A stretch of 64,000 bases of DNA from Bacteroidota bacterium (GCA_029237775.1 JAQZBR010000002.1:713489-777488); one strand, 5' to 3'; shown: positions 27,225-37,750, counted from the stretch's first letter. Numbers and translations are program-made. The notes: generated by a model not told the origin, from the letters alone.

Positions 27225-28364
27225 TTAACGGCCTCTGACCTTATTATAAACTTTATAAATAAATTTCAGCTTATCCTCATCGTTCGGATATTCCTTATAC
27301 GACTTTACAGGAGCCTTCATGATCTTCTCAAACTCTTCGTTTGTAAGTCCCATTTTTTTGATCACATACTCTTTATCATCACGCAGCATGCCTTCAGGAT
27401 ACGCTGGCTTTTTCATCTCTTCCAGAGCCTGTTCCCTGTTTATCTGTCCCGAACAGATCAATGTCGATAAATGTGCTTTACGTTTATCAATACCAAATTT
27501 TTCCGGAAGGATGTAAGCCTGAAAGAATCTCGTGAATACCGATTCATAATGCTTTCCTCCGTAATACACCCAGCCAAGCTCATTCTGGATCACTTTCATC
27601 GCCTCTGCTTTATCATACGGAACATAATTAAGAAGACGAACCATTTTGATCCCTTTCATGTAGGTATAATAAAATTCTCTGTTGAAGCCTAATAAAGGAT
27701 ACGTTTTGAACGGCACCTTTCCAAATTTATCATGGATCGCTTTCAGATGTTTCACATCTTTGGCATTGTATCCCCAACTCTTCGGTAGAATTCCCTCTGT
27801 TGCGAAATTGCTTCCGCTTAAAATATATTTGATGTTGTACTTTGCACACAAACGGTAAGTGGCAGCGAGGAAAGCATGATCTGTAGGAGTTTCTATGTTT
27901 GCAACAGAAGCTTTAAGGAATGAGGTCTGCAGATCGCGGAACTCCTCCCAGTCTACAACCCAGGTCTGATAATCGAACCCCAGCTTCTTTACAATATTTT
28001 CAATGTTCTTTACAGCAAGCTCCGAGTTCCATCCGTTATCAAAATGGAATGCCAGCGCACGAAGCCCCAATTTTTTTGTGATGTAAGCCACATACGAACT
28101 ATCTACACCACCGCTGACTCCGACAATACAATCGTACTCACTGTTCTTACCTGCCTCTTTCATTGTGGCAACGATCTTTTCGAGCTGTGTGTCTGAAGAT
28201 TTTCCGTTGTAAATGTATAAAGGTGCTAACCTGAAAAATTCATTACAATGATTGCAATGACCTTTTTCATCGAATGTTATTGCAGGATCAGTAGTATCCA
28301 TAATACAACGGGTACACATCCTGTAGTTTTTATCAAGCTTAATATCTGAATTCAGTTCAGTCAT
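27225..28364 (-). CDS. N-acetyl sugar amidotransferase (WbuX/WbpG-like)
   Basis: CTRCIMD...CNHC, SGGVDSS PP-loop and KHYES motifs. Confidence 0.9.
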   Translation of the reverse strand: MTELNSDIKLDKNYRMCTRCIMDTTDPAITFDEKGHCNHCNEFFRLAPLYIYNGKSSDTQLEKIVATMKEAGKNSEYDCIVGVSGGVDSSYVAYITKKLGLRALAFHFDNGWNSELAVKNIENIVKKLGFDYQTWVVDWEEFRDLQTSFLKASVANIETPTDHAFLAATYRLCAKYNIKYILSGSNFATEGILPKSWGYNAKDVKHLKAIHDKFGKVPFKTYPLLGFNREFYYTYMKGIKMVRLLNYVPYDKAEAMKVIQNELGWVYYGGKHYESVFTRFFQAYILPEKFGIDKRKAHLSTLICSGQINREQALEEMKKPAYPEGMLRDDKEYVIKKMGLTNEEFEKIMKAPVKSYKEYPNDEDKLKFIYKVYNKVRGR

Positions 28365-29509
28365 TTATTCAAAACATTAGTATAAATTCCGGTCAGTTTT
28401 TTCGCAATTGCTCCCGGTGAAAAATTGTTGAGAACAACCTGCCTGATAACCCTTGAATCGTAGGCTGCAAAGTTATCATAAACTTCTTGCATAGCCAAAA
28501 AAAGGCTTTGTTCATCATGATCACATAAAACACCCAATTCCTTACCTTTAATAATGGATTGTGGCCCACCACTTCTGGTTGAAATTACCGGTTTGCCACA
28601 GCTCATTGCTTCTATTAAAACCACCCCGAATGTTTCCTTTTTACTGCATAAAACGAATGCATCACTCCGGTTCATTAAAATGGCAAGATCAGCTCGCGAT
28701 ACCCATCCTTTAAAGCTTACCAATTTCTCAATACCAAGCTCTTTTGCAAGATCACTTAATGATTCACGCACAGGGCCGTCTCCGGCAATCACCAACTCTG
28801 CTTTTCTCCCTGATTGCAGAAATTTTGAAAAAGCCCTGAGCAATAACTGATGATTCTTATTTTCATTAAGGATTCCTGCACTTAAAAATGTGAATGTTCC
28901 GTTTATACTTTTCGATGTTGAAGGCTTATAAAATTCAGTATCAGCAATGTTCGGGAGATAATGAAAAGCCTGACTGTACTTATTTGACAGTACTTTCGCA
29001 AATTCTTCACTCACCGATATATTATAGTCTGATTCCGAAAACGTTTTAGCCGCATACTTTTCCATTGATGAGGGCACGCTGTTGGTCAGAAAACGCGAGG
29101 AGTGTTCCGTGACAACGAATGGGATTCGATATTTCCTTTTAGCATAATCAACCGCCAAAATCGCCTCATAGCATTGCAAATGGATAACATCGGGCTTGCC
29201 GTGTTGTTGAATATATCTATCGATTAACGATCTTCCTCTTCTTTCTGCTTGTTTTACTGTATAAGTCGGATATTTCGGGATATTCAGATATTTATACAAA
29301 AACGTATTTACTCCGTTTTCTTTAAATGTGCTAAGACCGAACGTAAACTTTTTACACGTCAAAACCGATTTGATCGAGATAGGATTTACCGCTATAAATC
29401 CAACCTGATGACCTTCTGCAGCGAGAGCTTCAGCCTGGTCGCGGTAAAAGATGCCATCGAGAGCAACATAATCGGTTGGGTAACCGGTAGAAAGGATTAA
29501 TACATGCAT
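28361..29509 (-). CDS. Glycosyltransferase family 4
   Basis: VVTEH, ETFGVVLIEAMSCG and SGG motifs. Confidence 0.88.
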   Translation of the reverse strand: MHVLILSTGYPTDYVALDGIFYRDQAEALAAEGHQVGFIAVNPISIKSVLTCKKFTFGLSTFKENGVNTFLYKYLNIPKYPTYTVKQAERRGRSLIDRYIQQHGKPDVIHLQCYEAILAVDYAKRKYRIPFVVTEHSSRFLTNSVPSSMEKYAAKTFSESDYNISVSEEFAKVLSNKYSQAFHYLPNIADTEFYKPSTSKSINGTFTFLSAGILNENKNHQLLLRAFSKFLQSGRKAELVIAGDGPVRESLSDLAKELGIEKLVSFKGWVSRADLAILMNRSDAFVLCSKKETFGVVLIEAMSCGKPVISTRSGGPQSIIKGKELGVLCDHDEQSLFLAMQEVYDNFAAYDSRVIRQVVLNNFSPGAIAKKLTGIYTNVLNK

Positions 29510-29518
29510 GAATTATTT

Positions 29519-30796
29519 CTATAAAGTGTTTTCATCAGCCTTATGGATAAATCTGATGGCGACATAAATAATAAATAAATAAAACGCCACCTGGGCTATG
29601 GTGAATCCCCATAAAGCAGAGTAAACCGTAGGCTTAATAAAATAAGCGATATAAAATCCCGCTCCGACTATGATCAAATGTAAAAGATCATACATAAGCA
29701 TTTGTTTTTGTTTTCCCAATCGCATATAAATAAATGAAAGTGAAGAGGACACAAACCAAACACAGAGCCAGATAACCATTACACGGGCAATTACCATCAG
29801 CTCAGACCATTTTTCACCAAGAAAATAAACGACTAAGGAAGTTGGAATCAAATACACAAATAACAAGGGTACAAGAGAGATCAGGAAAAGGTTTTTTGAA
29901 AAGCGTTTATACATTGACAGTATCTCCGCTTTGGAATGTGTCTCCGCAATTTTTGAATAAAATACCTGTGAAAAAGAAACAGAAATAACACCTAAGCCTG
30001 CCGCGAGATAAGTCATGGAAACGCCAATCATTCCAACTGTTTCCTTACCAAAATAATGAAGAAACAAATTCAGATATAGTGCATTGATCAGACTTCCGGT
30101 AAATACACTTGGTGTTGTAAAAAAAATGAATTGCCGGTTCTTTTTGATCAGTTCATTACTATGTTTTGTGTTCAGAAGCCTCAAGGCTTTTCTGTCAGTT
30201 TTTAGAAAACGTCCAAGAAAATAAAGGGATGACGCACCGAATCCGATAACTCTTCCAAGCAACAACCCAAGAAAATTAAATTTCAGTAGCCCGCTGATCA
30301 GCTTTATTGATTCAGCCGAGAAGGTTTGAATTACCTTGGAAGTAGACAATACACTGAACTCTTTTTTCTTATTGCTCCAGTATGACATGATATCGTTAAA
30401 GCCTACGAATATGATGTACAGCGGCAAAAGGAAAAGATAATTCTCCATCCTCGGTTCATCAAAATGTGCGGCTATCCTGTCTTTAAAAACGACAATAAGA
30501 ATGAGACTTAGTAAGGCCATCAGCCAGGAGATCCGCAAAGCGCCATAGGCCAGATTAACTGCATCCTTTAATTGCTTTTGAAGAACAATGCCATATTCCA
30601 GCTTAAGGCAGGCGATATTGGCAAACAATTCACAAAAAGAAATAAACACAGCGAGAATTCCGAAGTCAGAAGGTGTAAAAAAATATTTCTGAAGAATTGG
30701 CAGAGCAATAAAAGGGATCACTTGTGAAAGTGCTGATCCGGTAAACAAGATAAGCACATTCCTGCTAAATTCCGACCCCTTGATACTTTTAAGCAT
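29519..30796 (-). CDS. wzx: Wzx oligosaccharide flippase
   Basis: About 12 TM segments. F.RNV..L..G...SQ, FTPSDFG and LGEKW motifs. Confidence 0.82.
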   Translation of the reverse strand: MLKSIKGSEFSRNVLILFTGSALSQVIPFIALPILQKYFFTPSDFGILAVFISFCELFANIACLKLEYGIVLQKQLKDAVNLAYGALRISWLMALLSLILIVVFKDRIAAHFDEPRMENYLFLLPLYIIFVGFNDIMSYWSNKKKEFSVLSTSKVIQTFSAESIKLISGLLKFNFLGLLLGRVIGFGASSLYFLGRFLKTDRKALRLLNTKHSNELIKKNRQFIFFTTPSVFTGSLINALYLNLFLHYFGKETVGMIGVSMTYLAAGLGVISVSFSQVFYSKIAETHSKAEILSMYKRFSKNLFLISLVPLLFVYLIPTSLVVYFLGEKWSELMVIARVMVIWLCVWFVSSSLSFIYMRLGKQKQMLMYDLLHLIIVGAGFYIAYFIKPTVYSALWGFTIAQVAFYLFIIYVAIRFIHKADENTL

Positions 30797-32090
30797 TTTC
30801 AGGGGAATTGGTTTCCAGCAGATCGTCCGTGAATACCACTATCAATGAAAGTATGGTCCAGTTAAGTGGCAAAGGCATAAATATGCTGTTTGAATTACTC
30901 ATAAAAATATAGCAGCTGATAAGCAATGTCAAAATCAGATGCTCTCTTTGAAATCCTGTTTTACGCGCTGAACTAATTAGCACTTTTATGAAATACATAA
31001 AACACAGAAAGAATAAAACACCAATGACGATTCCATATTGAGTCAAAACTTCAACTACCCAGCAATGAGGTGAATCAATGCCGTCTGTTTCGTGCTTGCC
31101 TTTTCCCTGCTGCGTGTACGACATATAATTCCCGGCTCCAACACCCATTCCTTTTGATTCAATAAAGAAGTCATATCCATTCATGATCAGATTCTTCCGC
31201 AGCACCGAGCTTGGTAAACGGTCGTCCGGTTCTATCACTGTTTCCAAGATCTTTTCCTCATACACATTTTCAACTTTATGGGTCGCGAAGATCCCGGCCA
31301 TTAAAAACACAAAAATGAAAATGACCTTAAAAAAAGTCTGCTTCATGCTCTGAAGATGAAGGCCTCTGTTTTTGTAAAAGTAAAATAGCAGAAGCATTAT
31401 AACATATATAAACATTACAATATAGCCGAGCCGTGCCGAAAGAATATGCAAAAGGAAACAGCTGCACGAGGTGAGGAAGGTTAAAAGCGCAACCTTTGAA
31501 TTCTTAAGGATCAGGCCTACAAACAAAGCAATGGTTAAACATAGGAAGATCGCAAAATGATTAGGATTATCGAAAGTAAAAACGGGAACAAAATTCAGAT
31601 TATGAAATGGTTTAAGCTCGTGTAATCTATGAGTAAAATTACTCACCAAATGGTTTGCTGTATTTATTTCCCAGACTGACACGGCTAGCACAACAAAAAA
31701 AGCCTGCATCCATACCGTTACTAATTCTGTTTCAAAATCTCTGAAACCATGTTTTATGGAAACCATAAAAATAAGAGTCGCAATCCCAAAAAGAAGGTAC
31801 ATGATATCTCGGTAGGCAGCCATCTTATCGATACACCAAAAAATGGATAGAGCTGCATAGATAAGCCAGATCACCATAAAAAAGAAAGTGTATCTGGATG
31901 CTTTGTTATGAAAAAGCTTTAGCCTTCCTGTAAAAAATAAATATACAAGGCTTGCTATTAAAAGGATCCGGAAGGCATAGAGATCAACACCAAAAAAATG
32001 AAATTCAAGCATAAAGCTTCCACCAATAAGCGTAATTACAAAAAGATTCAGTAAGATCTGCTTATGGTATTTTTCTAAAAAGCTATTCAA
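30789..32090 (-). CDS. O-antigen polymerase/ligase (Wzy_C) family protein
   Basis: Polytopic. FDNPNH, SAR, GVGAGN and SPHCW motifs. TTG start. Confidence 0.8.
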   Translation of the reverse strand: MNSFLEKYHKQILLNLFVITLIGGSFMLEFHFFGVDLYAFRILLIASLVYLFFTGRLKLFHNKASRYTFFFMVIWLIYAALSIFWCIDKMAAYRDIMYLLFGIATLIFMVSIKHGFRDFETELVTVWMQAFFVVLAVSVWEINTANHLVSNFTHRLHELKPFHNLNFVPVFTFDNPNHFAIFLCLTIALFVGLILKNSKVALLTFLTSCSCFLLHILSARLGYIVMFIYVIMLLLFYFYKNRGLHLQSMKQTFFKVIFIFVFLMAGIFATHKVENVYEEKILETVIEPDDRLPSSVLRKNLIMNGYDFFIESKGMGVGAGNYMSYTQQGKGKHETDGIDSPHCWVVEVLTQYGIVIGVLFFLCFMYFIKVLISSARKTGFQREHLILTLLISCYIFMSNSNSIFMPLPLNWTILSLIVVFTDDLLETNSPENA

Positions 32091-32110
32091 GATGCTGAAG
32101 TTTGATATTT

Positions 32111-32144
32111 AAAAAAAAGCCGAAATGGAATCATTTCGGCCTTT
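32111..32144 (-). terminator. rny terminator
   Basis: GCCGAAATG-gaat-CATTTCGGC stem, followed by U8 on the minus strand. Confidence 0.8.
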
Positions 32145-32157
32145 GAATATTTTATTA

Positions 32158-33699
32158 TTACTTGGCGTAATTAACTGCTCTTGTTTCTCGTATTACAGTT
32201 ACTTTCACCTGACCCGGGTAGGTCATTTCGGTTTGAATACGCTGAGAAATATCGAAGGATAATGTTTCAGAATCCTTATCTGTTACCTTGTCGCTGGATA
32301 CGATCACACGTAATTCACGTCCTGCCTGAATTGCATAAGTCTTTTCAACTCCCGGGTATGATAAAGCCAATGCCTCAAGGTCTTTCAGACGTTTGATATA
32401 TTGCTCAACTACTTCGCGTCTTGCACCGGGACGGGCACCGCTGATAGCATCACAAACCTGAACGATTGGTGCGATCAGCGTGTTCATTTCTATCTCATCG
32501 TGGTGAGCCCCGATCGCATTACACACTTCCGGTTTCTCCTTGAATTTTTCCGCAAGTTGCATACCTAAGATCGCGTGTGGAACTTCCGGTTGATCATCTG
32601 GCACCTTTCCGATATCATGTAAGAGACCGGCACGTTTCGCCATCTTCACATTTAAACCAAGCTCGGCAGCCATTGTCGCGCAAAGATTGGCAACCTCACG
32701 CGAGTGCTGTAAAAGATTCTGTCCGTAAGATGAACGGTATTTCATTCTTCCAACCATACGGATCAGCTCCGGATGTAAGCCGTGAATCCCCAGATCAATA
32801 GTCGTACGCTTTCCAATCTCGATGATCTCCTCTTCTATCTGTTTCTTCACCTTTTCTACAACCTCTTCAATACGAGCAGGGTGAATACGGCCGTCTGTTA
32901 CCAATTGGTGCAGAGATAAACGGGCGATCTCTCTTCTAACAGGATCAAATCCTGAAAGAATAATTGCTTCAGGAGTGTCATCAACAATGATCTCAATACC
33001 TGTTGCAGCTTCAAGAGCGCGGATATTACGTCCTTCACGACCAATGATTCGGCCTTTGATCTCATCATTTTCAATATTAAAAATTGAAACTGAATTCTCA
33101 ATTGCGTGCTCGGTAGCTACACGCTGGATAGTTTGAATTACTATCTTCTTAGCTTCTTTATTTGCGTTGATCTTTGCTTCTTCAACGATATCTTTAATAT
33201 GAGATAAAGCATCCGTTTTTGCTTCTGCTTTAAGGCTTTCCACAAGCTGCGCCTTAGCATCTTCAGCAGAAAGTCCGCTTAATGTTTCCAGTTGCTCCAC
33301 CTGTCTGCGGTGAAACTTCTCCACTTCCTGTTGTTTTGCTGTAACTACTTCAAGCTGATGAGTAAGGTTCTGACGAAGCGTGTCAAGCTCCGCATCTTTA
33401 CGCTGAACCTGCTCCTGTTTCTGGGAAAGTGTCTGCTCTTTTTGTTTGATACGGTTTTCAGCCTGTTGAACAAGATTGTTCTTTTCATTGATGGCTTTTT
33501 CATGTTCAGCTTTGAGCTGAAGGAATTTTTCTTTTGCCTGAAGGATCTTTTCTTTCTTTATAACTTCGGCTTCAGCTTCAGCATCCTTCAGAATTGAGTT
33601 AGCCTTGCTCTCGTTTGATTTTTTTATCATTAAAAAGGCGACAAAGGCACCAAGCCCTGCACCGATTAAAATTCCTGCTATGATCAGTATTGTGTTCAT
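32158..33699 (-). CDS. rny: Ribonuclease Y
   Basis: N-terminal TM helix, coiled coil, KH domain ([12 protein letters not shown]) and HD domain (LLHDIGK). Confidence 0.97.
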   Translation of the reverse strand: MNTILIIAGILIGAGLGAFVAFLMIKKSNESKANSILKDAEAEAEVIKKEKILQAKEKFLQLKAEHEKAINEKNNLVQQAENRIKQKEQTLSQKQEQVQRKDAELDTLRQNLTHQLEVVTAKQQEVEKFHRRQVEQLETLSGLSAEDAKAQLVESLKAEAKTDALSHIKDIVEEAKINANKEAKKIVIQTIQRVATEHAIENSVSIFNIENDEIKGRIIGREGRNIRALEAATGIEIIVDDTPEAIILSGFDPVRREIARLSLHQLVTDGRIHPARIEEVVEKVKKQIEEEIIEIGKRTTIDLGIHGLHPELIRMVGRMKYRSSYGQNLLQHSREVANLCATMAAELGLNVKMAKRAGLLHDIGKVPDDQPEVPHAILGMQLAEKFKEKPEVCNAIGAHHDEIEMNTLIAPIVQVCDAISGARPGARREVVEQYIKRLKDLEALALSYPGVEKTYAIQAGRELRVIVSSDKVTDKDSETLSFDISQRIQTEMTYPGQVKVTVIRETRAVNYAK

Positions 33700-33723
33700 A
33701 AATAAGTTTAATTAAACGTTCAT

Positions 33724-33795
33724 AAAAAATCCCGCAATGTTCTTCAAAGCCAATATTATGGTTTTGCGGGTAACCCCTGAACTATTACGGGAAAA
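33724..33795 (-). ncRNA. Structured RNA at the 6S RNA syntenic position (unusually short)
   Basis: UCCCGUAAU..GUUC pairs with GAAC.AUUGCGGGA and is followed by U6. It lies between zapA and rny. Confidence 0.45.
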
Positions 33796-33829
33796 TGTTG
33801 TTTACAATTGATTGTTAAGAAAATGTAAA

Positions 33830-34120
33830 CTAGATCGAATCGTCTTCTTTCTGAAGGTAGTCTGAAACAAAAAGGTCGAGCTGATTAAGCTCATCCTGGT
33901 CCGGAGTTTTTTTAGGAGCATTCTGTTGAGTTGCAAGCAAATTCAAAGCGCTCATTGCAAGAAGATCCTGCTTGTCACGCACTGAGTAGTTGACCTCAAA
34001 TTCTTTCACCTTATCGTTGATCATTCTCGCGGCATTTTGCACAGCCTGTTCATCCTCTTCCTTTACAGTTAAAGGGTACGTGCGTCCAGCGATCTGAATT
34101 TTTAACGATACTTCAGCCAT
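33830..34120 (-). CDS. zapA: Cell division protein ZapA
   Basis: IAGRTYPL and VRDKQDLLAM motifs, upstream of rny. Confidence 0.92.
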   Translation of the reverse strand: MAEVSLKIQIAGRTYPLTVKEEDEQAVQNAARMINDKVKEFEVNYSVRDKQDLLAMSALNLLATQQNAPKKTPDQDELNQLDLFVSDYLQKEDDSI

Positions 34121-34125
34121 TGTAT

Positions 34126-34181
34126 AGTTTCAGGTTTAAAGTTACATGTCCGGCATAAACCGGGATCTGCAACTTGAAACT
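34126..34181. repeat. Inverted GTTTCAR repeat arms around an inner hairpin
   Basis: AGTTTCAGGTTTAAAGTT...TCCGG-cataaa-CCGGG...AACTTGAAACT. Same family as 11052-11131. Confidence 0.65.
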
Positions 34182-34188
34182 TTTTGAT

Positions 34189-34473
34189 TTACTTCAAAAG
34201 AGCGATGCAATCATCTATTTCCTGCACTAGCTCATTAATCTTCAATTTCGTATCTGTAATTATAGTGTTCTGTTCTTCGGATTTGCGCTGCTCAAGCTCT
34301 TCATTATTTCTTTGCAATGATTCAATCGTTGCCTTTTGTTCTTCGACAGTTTGCAGCAGTTTAACTTTTTCAGCAGCCAACGAATCGTTTTCCTGTTTCA
34401 ATTGCTGATGCAATTTCACCAATTTTTCGATCTTTCCTTTCAGGTCTGTAATTGTTGGAGCTAAATCATTCAT
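34189..34473 (-). CDS. ZapB-like coiled-coil protein
   Basis: Entirely coiled coil, ending KINELVQEIDDCIALL. Lies upstream of zapA. The -7 motif TATATTTG is at 34514-34507. Confidence 0.85.
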   Translation of the reverse strand: MNDLAPTITDLKGKIEKLVKLHQQLKQENDSLAAEKVKLLQTVEEQKATIESLQRNNEELEQRKSEEQNTIITDTKLKINELVQEIDDCIALLK

Positions 34474-34614
34474 AATCAATAGTTAATGTCTTTACGTGAT
34501 TTTGCACAAATATATATAATAATTCCTAAATTCTTAAAGAATTTCTAATTTACCGGAAGAAGCCAAGCACCTTTTTAGCCCTCAAAATTCCTTTATTCCT
34601 CTATCTTTGCGCGC

Positions 34615-36342
34615 ATGAACAAAAATCCGGTCCTCATTTTTGTTTTCCTGTTTCTATCATGCCTGGCGGGTGCTCAAAACACCTATCCCCGTGATTATTT
34701 TCGCTCTCCAGTTGATACAACTCTTGCCCTGGCCGGAAATTTCGGGGAGATCAGGCCAAATCATTTTCATGCGGGTTTTGACGTTAAGACCAATGGCAGA
34801 GAGGGAATGCCGATATATGCTGCGGCCGATGGCTACATTTCCAGGATAAAATTGTCTCCTTACGGATATGGAAAGTCATTGTACATAGTACATCCGAATG
34901 GTTACACAAGCGTTTATGGCCACTTAAAAAGCTTCGAACCTTTGATCGCCCAATTCGCGAAAGCGGTTCAATACTCTTTAAGTTCCAATGAAATTGACAC
35001 ACTCTTAAATCCTAATTCCTTACCTGTACGAAAAGGCCAGTTTATAGGATTTTCGGGCAATACGGGAGGATCACAGGGACCACACCTGCATTTTGAGATC
35101 AGGGAGACAAAAACGGAACAACCTGTAAATCCATATTATTTCGGCTATAAGATCGAAGACACTTCGAGGCCGAAAATAACAGCTATCGCTATATATCCTT
35201 TAAGCGGCACTTCTTCCGTAAATGGAAAGCATAGCATTAAGAAACTAAAGCCATCTGTTGCTAACGGCAAATATTTTTTATCAAAAACGGATTCTATTAC
35301 CGTCAATGGCCTGATCGGCTTCGGTATTGAAACTTATGATACCGAGAACCGGTCCTCCAATCAAAATGGTGTATTCTCCATTGAATTGCAATCCGGGGGA
35401 AAGAGGATTTATTATCACGAGCTGGAGAAATTCAGTTTTGAAAATGCACGATATGTGAACACGCACATTGATTACGAAGAAAAACAAAAGCACAATAATA
35501 AGATACAGAAATGTTTTCTTTCGAAGAACAATAAGCTCACAATTTATAAAGATGTTATAAATAACGGAATATTAAATTTCACAGATGATTCCATTCATTG
35601 GATCAGGTATATCGTCAAAGACTTTCAGGGCAACACCTCTGAGCTGATGCTAAAAGTCAGAAGCACATCAAAAATAAAAGTTGTTGCAGCGCTTGTGGAA
35701 CCTACGGAGCCTGTATTCGATTGTTCGAAAGAAAATAATTTCCAGAAAGAAGATCTTCAGCTTACATTTCCTGCAAATGCTTTTTATGATGATGTTGCTT
35801 TCAAATACAAAAAATCACCTCAGTCAAAAGGAACATATTCAGCTCTTCATAAAATCATGTCTCCCAATGTGGCCTTACAAAAAGCTTATACGTTAAGCAT
35901 AAAACCAGATTACATTCCTGAAAAACTGCATTCAAAAGTATGCATCGTTGCTGTTAATGAGAAAGGAGGCCGTTCATACGAAGGAGGGATGTACAAAGAG
36001 GGAATGGTCACAACAAAAACCAAAAACTTTGGAACTTTCGCCATAGCTACCGACACTGTTCCTCCTAAGATCAGAACCTTATTTAAATATACGAAGGAGG
36101 CTGCAGTGGATCTGAGCCATGCGACAACGATCAATGTTATAGCTACAGACAACCTCAGCGGAATAAAAAAATACACGGCTAAAATTGACGGTAACTGGGT
36201 GCCCTGCGAATACGAGTTCAAAAAAGATCTGATCTTCTATACGTTTGGTGATTTTCTCGCAGATCGTGTTCATACCTTTGAAATAACAGTGACTGACGAT
36301 AAAGAGAACAGCTCAACATTGCTGTTCACCTTTAAACGATAA
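34615..36342 (+). CDS. M23 family metallopeptidase
   Basis: HFHAGFD, YGHL and GPHLHFE motifs. The -7 motif TATCTTTG lies 5 nt before the ATG. Confidence 0.92.
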   Translation: MNKNPVLIFVFLFLSCLAGAQNTYPRDYFRSPVDTTLALAGNFGEIRPNHFHAGFDVKTNGREGMPIYAAADGYISRIKLSPYGYGKSLYIVHPNGYTSVYGHLKSFEPLIAQFAKAVQYSLSSNEIDTLLNPNSLPVRKGQFIGFSGNTGGSQGPHLHFEIRETKTEQPVNPYYFGYKIEDTSRPKITAIAIYPLSGTSSVNGKHSIKKLKPSVANGKYFLSKTDSITVNGLIGFGIETYDTENRSSNQNGVFSIELQSGGKRIYYHELEKFSFENARYVNTHIDYEEKQKHNNKIQKCFLSKNNKLTIYKDVINNGILNFTDDSIHWIRYIVKDFQGNTSELMLKVRSTSKIKVVAALVEPTEPVFDCSKENNFQKEDLQLTFPANAFYDDVAFKYKKSPQSKGTYSALHKIMSPNVALQKAYTLSIKPDYIPEKLHSKVCIVAVNEKGGRSYEGGMYKEGMVTTKTKNFGTFAIATDTVPPKIRTLFKYTKEAAVDLSHATTINVIATDNLSGIKKYTAKIDGNWVPCEYEFKKDLIFYTFGDFLADRVHTFEITVTDDKENSSTLLFTFKR

Positions 36343-36343
36343 T

Positions 36344-37027
36344 ATGGAACATATTCTTTTACTTCACGGAGCCATTGGCGCAAAAAACCAGCTAGAAACT
36401 ATATCTGCAGGGCTACAGAATAATTTCATTGTACATACCCTTGATTTCAGCGGCCACGGCTCTGCAGCAATGTCTGATAAATTCTCAATACCAGGTTTTG
36501 CAGAAGACGTGATAAAATACCTGGAATCAAATAAAATAGAAAGTATAAATATCTTTGGATATAGCATGGGAGGATATGTTGCATTATACCTTGCAGCACG
36601 TCATCCTGAGAAAGTTAGAAGTGTTTTTACATTCGCCACTAAATTTCTCTGGACTCCGGAAATCGCGTTAAAAGAAATTAAAATGCTGGATCCCGAAAAG
36701 ATCTCGGAGAAGCTGCCTGCCTTTGCGGCTATACTGAAAAAGCGCCACTCAGCTAACGGCTGGAAAATTGTCCTTCAAAAAACACAGGAAATGATGGTTG
36801 AAATGGGCCAGACAAATCCTTTAACTGAAAGTGATCTTGAAAAGATAGAACAACGTATTCTGATCGGTATTGGCGATCGGGATACGATGGTGACTTTGGA
36901 AGAAACAATAAATGTTTATCGCCAACTACGAAATGCTAGTCTCGTAGTTTTTCCTGAAACTCAGCATCCCATTGAAAAAGTTGATCAGAGCAGGCTTACT
37001 GCAGAAATAGTCCTTTTCTTCAGATAA
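36344..37027 (+). CDS. Alpha/beta hydrolase
   Basis: LLHG, DFSGHG and GYSMGG nucleophile elbow, with GDRD and TQHP as the likely Asp and His. Confidence 0.88.
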   Translation: MEHILLLHGAIGAKNQLETISAGLQNNFIVHTLDFSGHGSAAMSDKFSIPGFAEDVIKYLESNKIESINIFGYSMGGYVALYLAARHPEKVRSVFTFATKFLWTPEIALKEIKMLDPEKISEKLPAFAAILKKRHSANGWKIVLQKTQEMMVEMGQTNPLTESDLEKIEQRILIGIGDRDTMVTLEETINVYRQLRNASLVVFPETQHPIEKVDQSRLTAEIVLFFR

Positions 37028-37042
37028 TCTCTATAGAAAGCC

Positions 37043-37750
37043 CTATTCTTTTACCTCGTGATGCAGGGACTCTTCAGCAACCTGCTTAATTACATGTTCT
37101 GAAGCTTCATCTCCGAGATATTTTTCAATAGCAGCATGTCCGACATAGATCAGAGGTGTCAAGCAAATGGCAATAATTAACTTGAAGGTATATCCGGTTA
37201 AAGCTGCATTGAGAAAAACCGCGGTAGTCATTTTACCGGGTAACCAGAATGCAATTCCCAGAACAACAAATGTATCTATGAGCTGGGAGATAATAGTGGA
37301 TCCGGTGCTTCTGAGCCACATCATCTTCCCTCCCGTTCTATCCCGAAGAATCCAGAAAATGGAAACGTCAATAAACTGAGAAAATAAAAAAGCAACAAGG
37401 CTTCCTACAATGATCCAGAGACTTTGTCCGAACACTGCATAAAACTGTTCATCTGTCACAGCAGAAATTCCAACTGCTGCAGGAACATTGATCGCAAATA
37501 AAAGAATCAGAAACGCATAGGCAATTAGCGCGGCCGTGATCAGGGATAATTTCCGGACTCCGGTTCTTCCGTAATATTCATTGATAAGGTCCGTGGATAA
37601 AAAAACAACCGGCCAGGGAATAATTCCAATGCTCATTATAAACGGACCAATATGGATCAGCTTACCTCCGATAAGTTCAGCGACAACGGCATTGGTGATA
37701 AATAAACCGGCAAGTATTATAAAAACGAGTTCTCTTTTTGTTTTAAACAT
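37043..37750 (-). CDS. Queuosine-precursor (YhhQ/VUT) family transporter
   Basis: TDLINEYYG, SQFID and RSTGSTIISQLIDT motifs. Confidence 0.88.
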   Translation of the reverse strand: MFKTKRELVFIILAGLFITNAVVAELIGGKLIHIGPFIMSIGIIPWPVVFLSTDLINEYYGRTGVRKLSLITAALIAYAFLILLFAINVPAAVGISAVTDEQFYAVFGQSLWIIVGSLVAFLFSQFIDVSIFWILRDRTGGKMMWLRSTGSTIISQLIDTFVVLGIAFWLPGKMTTAVFLNAALTGYTFKLIIAICLTPLIYVGHAAIEKYLGDEASEHVIKQVAEESLHHEVKE

